DNA of 64,000 nucleotides from Kudoa neothunni (Eukaryota; Animalia; Cnidaria): NCBI GenBank assembly GCA_964304625.1, contig OZ199838.1, positions 3,498,440 to 3,562,439 of the forward strand, read 5' to 3'. Shown piece by piece: positions 53,601 to 64,000 of this stretch (position 1 is its first letter; each line of letters starts with the position of its first letter). The notes under the pieces were generated by a model. It saw only the letters and a program-made list of their open reading frames with translations, ran no database searches and was not told where the DNA came from. The position numbers and the translations under genes were made by a program.

Positions 53601-56600
53601 TAATAATTCCTCTGTTAGGTCGCCATGTTAGTTTTTTGGTCATTGGAGATTTTGACACAAAGCAATAATCAAAAATATCAATAGTATTTTTGAAATCTTT
53701 ATGCGAGATAAAGATAACGCTGTGATCCATACGTGGGTTGTTGTTATGATCGCTATTGAAACATCTCACCGCAGATCCACAGCTTCCACGAACATACAAG
53801 TTTGGCTGCTGAAGTTGGTTTTTATCCAGTGATTTAGCATTCCGTTTGATTTCCAACGATGAATCAAAATGATAGATTGGTGAGTTTGAGTTTTTATCTT
53901 GGTGAGTCAAACGTAACATATCCGTAGCGTCAACAGACTCCGAAGAGATAACTTTATAAGGATCGTATGAAGTAGTATCACTGATGCATTGCGTTGCGCC
54001 CCAAGTGTTGGCTTTGATCTCTGGGGGATGAGCAATTGCCGACTCTGCCAGAGTAACAGCAGTTTTGTTTATATATTCTTTATAAAGTGTGTTTTCCATT
54101 CGATATTTGTTTCCACCATCCGTTTCACATTGCTCAAACTGATTTGGAGGAATGTAGATCGACAACGATAGCATCGAATAGTAACAAAACAACTCTAGAA
54201 ACAGGTCAAGGAAAGCGTATCTGCTGCAACTATGAAATAAACCAGCCATTGAAGTAATACTTGAAGGACCTCTTTTCCAACATTCAAAACCCAACACAAA
54301 CAAACCAGGATTATTATTTTTAAATTTTTCCAGCTCAAATTTTGATTCAAAATTTTTAGCCTTAACTTCACCAATGTCTTGGAATATGCTTTGAAATGAT
54401 CCAAAGGTATGGCGCAAATTGCGAAATGAACTGGCTACCGAACTGTAGACCTTGCTATTTTTATAATATACTTTATTAAGATCCACCAACATAAGTATAG
54501 CTAAAAAAATCAATCAATACACAAATATATTCAACGCAAATGCAATCATTTCTACCCTAATGATGAATGATGTCACATCAAATCATACCAATAAGTTATT
54601 AAAACATGCATATATAATTAAAGTTTTTGGACATATTTTCTTAAGGAATAGATAACATTTAATGTAATCTTAATAATTGTTGATTTTTTTATCATTACAA
54701 ATCAAACAGTTACTCAACTCACTCGAAATAGCAATGAGAACTTTAAAAAAACATAAACACTTGATTTTTAAAATAGAACATTAATTATAAAATCAAAATT
54801 TCTTTTTATTATTATTACTACGAAAAAATCATGCGTAGTTATGTAATTGTCATACTTTTAAAATTATTTAAAAGATTATAAAATGTTTGATGTTTTATTC
54901 AGCAGATTAAAAACTTCGTAACCGGGTGAAATTAATGACAGTCAATTATTTTGAATTATCAGAGGGTTATATATTTAAAATCTGAGATTTTAGCTACATC
55001 GAATGATATCACTTAACTTTCTATTTGTTATTTATACGGCATTATTAATCGATGATATTTAAAAAAGTAAATATCGCTAAGGACTTATATTGGGGATAAT
55101 TTTTGATGACAAAATACGTTACCTAGACAAACAAATTAATTAATGAACCCTCTTTGAATATATAATTCGGAAAAAATTGGAAAATTTTCAAAGTGAGAAA
55201 TTAACATTATTGAATTTAATACTTTCATCTCTCATTAAATCTTATATATTTTTACTAACCATAAACGCATAATGGCTGTAAATAAGTTATAATAAAGATT
55301 AGAATATGGTTCATACGTTTATTTGGCGGCGAATAGTTTCCATTATTTATTGAGAAACATAATAATCTCAGATATGTTAATAATGTAAAACAATTCTTTT
55401 TAAAATATCATATTAAAATATTAGCTTGTTCAAAAACGTTATTTTCACTTCTTTTTTAATAAAATGTAATATGCAACTCACCATTACTATAAGTAAAATT
55501 TTACTATTCGTCAACAGTTAACTAACTTGTTTGGGTATCGTTATGTCAAATATAACTTTTACTAAAATCAAAATACCGTTTGTCGACTTACAGGTCGAGA
55601 AATAATCAGAAACTGTAGAAACCTTTTTGAAATAAAAATAATATCACCCCTAATATAAACCAAAAACCTATTCCATATAAAATGGTAATTATGATAAAGA
55701 TAGACAGCTAAAACCTTATGGGGGTTTGAAAAAATTCATATCAATCATTATAATTTAAGAATGGCTATATTACTGACGAAACAAATCTATTTCTAACCTC
55801 TGTATAGTATCTATGTTAGTATTAACTATCATTCAAAAGGAATGAATAGTTAACACATTTTTTCCATTAAATGGCTCTTTTATGGTATTTTTTGTACATC
55901 ACAAAAAATGCCTATTGCAATATCTACGTTGAACAATTTAACTAAGTTGCTGTTATAAATAATTTTATTTGCTGTCTGGTAATATTTTGTTAACGTTGAG
56001 AGAAATTACGCCCACCTTAAGTTTGACGGGTTTAACTGTTTAAAGGGTAAAGATGATATAATGAAAGCATCTAATAGAATCGATTTAAAAAGGCTTACTG
56101 TCTTTATCTCGAAGAAACAATAGATGTTCGGTGATGTCATCAGAGGATGAAGTTCTGGAAGTATTTGACCTCCCATACATATATGATGCATGGGGTTGGG
56201 TTGAGTGACAATTTTTCAAAGTTCTAATTGACCTCAACAACAAATGCTGCTTTACGAAAGCACTCAGCACAATTTCAATGCATCCGTTTAGAACTGCACT
56301 TCTAGGAAAACAAAGTCCAACATAGCAACATGGTTCCTGATCCGTTATGAACTAAAACACATTAAATATAAATGAAACGATTAATATTTTTCATAACGAA
56401 ATTTATTCTCTCGATACATATAAATATTAATATTATTTGTTACATTTAAAGAACTTGGCCAATCGTATTAGTTATATCTCATAAAGTATAATTCTATACC
56501 TTTTTACAAATTAAATTATTATTTTAAAGTAAATAACTTTCAAAGAAACACAAATTTTTTGTATGGTATGCAAATTGTTTATTGCCTAAAGTATAATCTC

Positions 56601-59600
56601 AAAATGAGACGAATTTGGGAAGAGAATGCGATTGGTAATAATTTCTGGGTTATTTAATTCCATAAAAACTAACATTTATACGAAAATAATCTTTTTGGAA
56701 GTTTAAGATAATATTTGTAAAAGATATTCACATCGAATTCGGGACTATACGGATGAATTCTCGATTATTTAAGGAAAAATTTACGTTAACCCTTAATCGA
56801 TATCCGTAATATAAAAAGGCTCATTCGACAACCATGTATTAGACGAGCCCACCCATTCTAAAAAGAGATTACGCCGATTATTTAAATCTAGAAGAATATT
56901 ATTTTTAATTTCCCCCCGTAATCTGTAGTTGAGATATGACGGATGAATAGAACCAGGACAACGTAACAACAAAAACTAAAATTGTTCACAGTCGGAACAT
57001 ACGTTTGTCGAGCGCAGTGTCTATTGGCACATTTAATGACTAATAGACATTGTGGTAAATTAAGTCACAGTCGCCATAAACGAATTAACCCTTTAATAGG
57101 ACCGGATTGGGGCCATTTAGACTCAAAAATAAATTTTAATTTGTTCATAGAATATTTAATAATTATCTGGGATACCTACAATTTCGTCAATTCTCCTAAA
57201 TTATTTTAATAAATAGATTCATACAACATTTTATGTGGAATATTGAATATATCTTGTAAAATAAAAATTTTTTCCTCCAATGAGCCTTGGGGTAAAAAAG
57301 ACTCCAGGTTTTTTTTCTTCAATGGATACAGAAAATTATTACAATACGATACGGAAGATTTTAAAAATTTTTGCCCTAGGAATACTGAGAAATTGAATAG
57401 TTATTATTCGAAATAATCCGATTAAATACGCGGGCATATATCTCGTAAGCCGTCGTTTCGACGAGTATTATGACACTAATGTTTATTACCTAAAACAAAC
57501 AAAATAATCCATGTTACTAATTCTGCTAACGATAAATATCCTTTAATAAATAAGCTTTGGATAATTTAAAGGTAAAATTGCAGAACAATATAAGCATTCA
57601 CCAATGGGAGATTATGGTTGGTTTGATAATTAATCCTACAATTATGCATTTGAAACGTGTGATATTTATTAAACAATTTATAGTAGGAATGCGTGAATTT
57701 CGTCAAATAATTTATTTTTGGATTTAACGTTAAACAGTTGCTACAACTGAATATCTAATGTTTGTACTAAAAATGAAATTCTCATTCTTATAAATTCCTG
57801 CATTTAATAATAGGTAACCGCTAAAGAGAAATTGTGACAACACATAGAAATCAGTTGCCACCCTGAAATTTTAGAATACATAAAGGATGATTTATTCAAT
57901 TGGGTGTTATAGTCTGTAAAAATTATTACGAGGGACTAGGAGATACATAATGGATTACAACAACTATCGTGTATATCTGAAAGATAATATTAAATGTAAA
58001 TTCACGTTGGATTAAAACCAAAAAATAAACGAAAATGAATTATTCATCATGGCTAATTTGGTTCACTGTGGCTGTTTTTGATTGAGGTCATTATTCTGCA
58101 TTTTTACCGAATAGAATGTCTATAATATAAATTATATTTTATTTTTCATTAAGATTTTTGTTGGTCGTCATTTCAAATGAGGCTAAACATACCTAACGTT
58201 CTAATCACGAGTTATTACGAAATAATACTTAATCTTACCGAAGAAGATCACCGAGGATTAGTTATGAAGTAATTGATTGTTTTCTCAATATTCCTCAGGC
58301 AGAATCTCACCATATTTTTCCCATAACTTCATAATAATTTTCTAAATATATTAAAAAAGATTCCGGGGTCATTTTTAACTCTAAGTCCGTTGGAGGGCGG
58401 TTGTTTTTTTGTCTGTTAATGGGTTAAATACTGTTAACGTAAAATATAATTTAGGCATAAAATGTGGGGAAAAATGATTAAAAGAATTTACGTAAAATTT
58501 GGACAGATAAATCCATAGTTAAGTTTACTTTAAGGCATTTTACGGTGCAGTTGGGCTTGTGGAGACCATGGTTGTCGGTTAAGGGTTAATATCTCAAGGT
58601 TACTATTGAGGGCAACATTTCCATTGTAAAATTAGAGAACCCTCATATTTCAACGATAAAATTCAATCATTTCTATATTTCGGTATTCAGTTTTATATAA
58701 CTCACTTTAAAAGTTTCGATACTTTTCAAATGATCATTCATATAGGAGAAACTATTTTAATATTACAGTTTTTTCCTACAATAAACCTACCAATTATATA
58801 TATTTTGTTAGCATACAAATATAAACAACAGACAGACCTAACGAATTCAAAATTTAGCAGTTTTTACGATATGAATATTTTATTTCATCCAATACATTTT
58901 ATTGGGATTCCTATTATTCTAATTAAAATATTTTAAAAAATTCAGATGATGTGAAAATAAGTTTCCATTAGCGGTAATTCAGCTACTGCATTAAATCAGT
59001 CTGGTTTCCTCAGCGGTATACATCTCAATCTTAGCTATATTTTTTCTCATCGGTAATTAACAAACACGAACATTAAGATTCATCCTCTTAAACAATTATC
59101 AAATTTGTGTCCTAAAATTTTGGATCCCAAAAGATTCACATATCATTTAAGCAATATTAGGAATATTACAAAAATCATACACCCGAGTCAGGTATAAAAG
59201 AACATTCATTATTTAATTTGAATTATCATAGGTGGATTTATTTTTTTATAATTTTCTGTAAATAAATGAATAGTTAATTAAATTTAACTTTTTAAAAAAA
59301 TTAACACATTTAAATCAGAAATTAAATACACTGTGTTCATATTATAATAATGATATGAATATCACCATTTCTTTCGAATACTTTAATTAATAGGACTATA
59401 TTAGTAAATGGTTAATGTTTATATTGCTGGTTGTAAAAACTTAACTTTTCTTCAATAATAATTTTCTCATGAAAATTTAAGAACAACATTTACACTATAA
59501 GAACTTTACTTTAAGATAATGTTGAGTTTGTGAAGGTGTTATAAAAGTTATTCTAAGGTTTAATCAAATGTTTTCCTGACTACAATTAAAATTTCATACA

Positions 59601-62600
59601 ATAATACTTTATATTGTTAAATGTATAAATTTCAAGTCATTTATAAATGGTTTTGTTAAATTATTAAAATATACAATCTTTAAATATAAAATTATATTAC
59701 ATTAATATTTTGATATAGCAAAATATATTAAGTGTTACTGAACTCTTTGACTATTATTTATTCGACTGCGAAAATATTAATCTTCAGCTCCTCACAATTC
59801 TAATCTTTCGTATCCACAAATACTTTCACCAAAACATTGTTGTCATATACTTAACAACAATTCATAATGAGGGTTCATTTTTACTTAAATTAATAAACAA
59901 ATTTAATGAAAAACAAAAATTAAATTACATGTTTAGAGAGTGATTAAAACAATAAAAATATTTTCTCACTATCTTTAAATACAATATTAATTTATTTAGA
60001 TGATTATGATCAATTAATTTAATTAGTTCAAGAGAAAAACATCCATATTCTAAGAATTAACGTTTTAAGTAAACATAAAAATGATACTAAATCACTTTAT
60101 CTTCCATATAATTATCCAAATTAATAAAAATATAATTACTTCAATTATATTTTTCAATGCAACTTTATTCTTGTAGAAAATAAGTTTGTTGACCAATAAT
60201 TTAAGAAAGGCCGTTTCGATTCGTTGATATAATGGCAAAATCAGTGAATCAACAAAAGTTTGTTCAAGTGGATGTAATCCATGTATTGTAATAGAGATGG
60301 AATCGGGAACGTTAAATCCGTTGATGATGTTAAAATTTGCAACTTTGACGTTACCATAAATGATGTTACCGTTGGAATCTTTCATTGTAAATATGGGGGA
60401 GTTTTTTTTAATGAGAAAATCATAAAAATTTATCATGACCAATTTGATGACGTAGTTTTTAAAGAATGTTTCAATATCAACAATAACATTAAATTCGGGA
60501 GAATCCAACGTTTCAATGTCATCCTCATAAGCATACATGAGTAAAGTGCTGTAGCATTTGATCACTTGGGAGTACTGCAATGGGCATTGCTGTGTACTGT
60601 ACGTGTGCGGAGAATAATCCACACTGAAAACCAGCTCATCTATGACGTCGTCTGTAGGATTTAATGAGGAATAATGAGGTTTGGAACATGCCAAAAATGG
60701 ACTCAAAGTCCTCTGATTATACAATCTGTCCAATAGAAATTGTTGGTTAACAGTGACGCAATAGTCTTTTATAGATTTTTGCAGAAGCTCAAAAACTCCA
60801 GACGTGACGTTTAAAAAGTTTGGGTGTCTTGATGGTTTGACGTTTTTGTGATGCAACGCCAAAAATACTCCATTTTTGTTTACCTTCATGGTAAATATAA
60901 GTTTATGGTTGAGAAAGGAAACAATGGATTTCTTGAGATTAACATCAATAATTTCAGGAATTGTCGTCGACTTCAAATAATAGTCCAAATCAAATAAGGA
61001 TGTCTCACAGTTGGCAATCCACTCATGATCATTGTTGTACCACACATAATAACCTCCAATAACTGCACATTGAAAGCCATCCAAAGGATGTAGAAATTGA
61101 ATTTTTTGTACATCATTCAACAATTCAACCAGCACATCCACTTTTGGCTGTTTGATAAGGAACAAATGTAGATCTGCAAATAGCAAATTGGAAAAGCTGG
61201 ATGATGGTACTAATTCACAATCAATTTTACTACATTTAACCTTGTATTTGTCATGCTTGAAACAAATTTCATAAAGAGAGTCCAATATTTCTGAACTAAA
61301 TTCACTACTGAACATACTTGATAATGTCAAGTAGATATCATCCACAACAAGATCAAGATTCAACGTTAAAAGATCGACAGCCGCTTTTTGATTTTCACAG
61401 AAGTTGGTGTGTTTAGGTGTTGAGGAGTAGCATAGATTTTCATTCATTTCGTTGGTGTTTCGACATCTATACGGATATTGCGGAACCGAAATGAATCCAG
61501 TGTAGATCGACACTTTTTCGATAGTGTAGTTAGGAGCTATGTTGGGATATAAGTGATCTATCCATTCTTTTATTTTGGCAACATCCAAACAAAGGTTCCT
61601 AAAGGGTATAACGCAAAGTTGGGAATGGGCATTATCTTTATATTGCAGGCTCTCATTCGATAATACATAGCCTTCATGATTACTTTGGCTATTGTTAGTA
61701 TTGTAGTTGATAGCTACAGCGTAGTGAAGCTGAACAAAAAGAGGTCTTTCTGCGTAAAAGCCAGTGCGACATTTTTCTGAAAAGAAATACAAACCACAAT
61801 GTTCATCTACTCGATATTCGTTGTTGTAAGTGTCATGGGGGTTGATGGGTGTAAAATTATACGTAAGATAATGGTTAAAGTATTTTGAAAAATCTTTCGC
61901 ATTGTTTCTAGCGATCACATCAAAGATAATATCAATCGTCGTTTCGTCCAAAGGGCTGAAACATCCCTCAACAAACTTTTTTCTTTCTTCTAGCATCGAA
62001 TTAACCTCCAGTAACTTGGTGACATCCAGTTTAAAAATGGATTCCTCTGTGCACATCCCGATCGCATCGTTAACTGTGTCGATTGAGAATTTCTGTGGAA
62101 GATTTTTGTATCTCAAATTTTCATACATTATATTGAGTACAATTGAGGAGAACAACTCCACAAACTCCTGCAAAAACACCCTTATGTACAAATCCAAATC
62201 AAGATCTTTGATGTCGGTGTAGATTTGAGTGGTTAGCGTGGTTGGTTCGAATTGTAATATCTTTTTGAACGGCCGCTTAAAATGAAAAAATCCATGTGAA
62301 GACTTCAATCTTATTTTATGGATTAGTTCGATGGACAACATCAAAGAAGAATATCCATTATCCGCCGAACGTATAAGATTATTTTTGTGATCATATAAAA
62401 CATAAAACGTAGATTTTAATTGTTTGACAACCGCGGTGCAACCGTCGGCATTAAATCTTGAATCAGCGATCCCAACAAACACCTTCATAGTGTACACATT
62501 CGTTGGAACCACCAATACCAAATTGTAGTTTTCAGTAGGATTCTGTTTTATGAAAATACTAAATTTTAATTCATCATTATTAATTATCTTTCTATCAATT

Positions 62601-63437
62601 CCAACGTGATCAGGTGAAAGCATTTCGAGTATGAAAAATGCATTTGTTTCCTCGAATAAAAATACGGCATCCATTTGTGACTTTAATCGGCTATTCAATT
62701 CCACTAACATCAAATCCATTATTTGGACGCATGATTCATTGGAAAACTCTTCACTTCCATTAAACAGCGGCAATGATAATTTTATTCTCTCAAAACAGTT
62801 AATGTAGGAACCCACATCAAGCTGCGGTTTAACACAAATTTTGTGTGAACTGCAACTCGCTACACAATATTCTAATTGTTTCGCTATGTCTAAACAGTTT
62901 TTTTGCTGTTTATCCGATGGAAAAGGATCACGGTTCGTGTAGATCCTTTTACACTCCGGGCAAGGAACAATATTTGTCGGAATTGGAAAAAGAAACGGAC
63001 TATCTTGATTCTTTTGGTTGTTGGTATAGCTATTTAGTTTGTGAGTTTGTATTTTTTGATAAATTATAGCTTTTTCAACTGAATAAATCACCTCACTTAA
63101 TATAAAATCAACTATTTGATTGATGTTCACGAAAAAATCGTAACCCTCAAACAGTCTCACGAATCCAACCAATCTACTTATCTGCACATCGATCTCCAGA
63201 AGTTTAAAGGGATAACTGTTCTGGGTGTGTTGATGTATCGCATTAGAGGATTGATCAAACATTTGAGTTTTTTGGTCCAGTTTTATGCTTTTAGGAGATC
63301 CCACGTGCACTAGAACATTAAGAGAACCGATTTCTGATGAATTAGCGCTCTGACTTTTGTACACTCCGTATCTTCTAAGGAACACCGCGCATGAATTGCA
63401 ACTGTGTACCACTTTTAGGTTGTGGCCAATCAACCTC
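50630..63437 (-). CDS. SZT2: KICSTOR scaffold SZT2, divergent; exons about 63437-60140, 56351-56099, 54500-50854, 50807-50630; further 5' exon(s) unresolved
   Basis: Recalled SZT2-like motifs VNQQFLLDRLY, VMYTYN...LQRLGLFH and C-terminal FCSTLCSVVWNNIL. Splice phases between the four exons are compatible, giving about 2,450 aa. Confidence 0.75.
56790..58585. mobile_element. piggyBac-type element (outer) in an SZT2 intron
   Basis: TTAA|CCCTTAATCGA ... TCGGTTAAGGG|TTAA. Confidence 0.75.
57089..58423. mobile_element. piggyBac-type element nested in the previous one
   Basis: TTAA|CCCTTTAATAGGAC ... GTCTGTTAATGGG|TTAA, with subterminal GGGGCCATTTAGACTC / GGGGTCATTTTTAACTC motifs. Confidence 0.75.
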
Positions 63438-64000
63438 CTAAAATTAAATCAATTAAAAATATAACAGAAAAAAATTATTGACATTCCACCAAATTTACCA
63501 ATTTCATGAGAATAAAAGGAAATAATAATAAAAACAGCCAAATCTCAACGAATTTATATATTTTACCCAGAGCAGCTATATTCTAAATTGATAAATAGTT
63601 TAAAAAATAAACGCTCCCAGAAATTAGTTTAAATCCAACAATATCTTTTCTCAAACGAATCAGACCAGCGAACCCATTATTTCGCATCGATAACGATGTT
63701 GATGGTGATACTGATGCTGATACTGATAACAGGTTATGTGTACGAAGAGACTTAGGGTTTTAAATCCGCCCCCCCCACTATTTATGAGGAAAAATCCGCA
63801 CCCTTTCCCAAAAAAGGATTTAAAAATGGTTGTATATTTAAACGGGTTAGTATGTTTACTAAAATTCTATTAAAAATAAAAAAGTCATAAAATTTATCAA
63901 GAAAACAAATGGAGGTAAAATAAATATAACTGATATTAAATTGAATGTTTAGACTTTTTTCTTATGTTTCTGAACAATAATTATGTCAAAAAGAGGCACT

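Noticed and set aside
1-64000. CRISPR arrays, rRNA genes, self-cleaving ribozymes
   Set aside because: No regularly spaced repeats, rRNA-like tracts or complete hammerhead/twister cores seen by eye; an Infernal/Rfam scan would be decisive.

Overview
AT-rich eukaryotic (animal-type) genomic DNA with very short GT-AG introns, mostly about 40-50 nt. This is consistent with a reduced, fast-evolving metazoan such as a myxozoan, but the taxon is only an inference. Conserved genes are IDI1 (-) and SF3B1 (+) head-to-head across a 103-bp spacer, a many-exon ADAM metalloprotease (-), RFT1 (+), SEC16 (-) and a divergent SZT2 (-). Intergenic DNA and the large introns carry decayed or nested transposons: six TTAA-bounded piggyBac-type elements, hAT, Merlin, Helitron, a tRNA-derived SINE and MITEs. 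The main unexplained signal is a dispersed array of four intact two-exon microprotein genes at 9.8-24.5 kb, largely missed by the ORF track. Each encodes one TM helix, a conserved M(I/T)(E/Q)(L/F)N-x-x-KR-x-RL juxtamembrane motif and a C-terminal PPxY motif. A candidate micro-exon gene also lies between RFT1 and SEC16. All exon structures were assembled by hand and need transcript confirmation.
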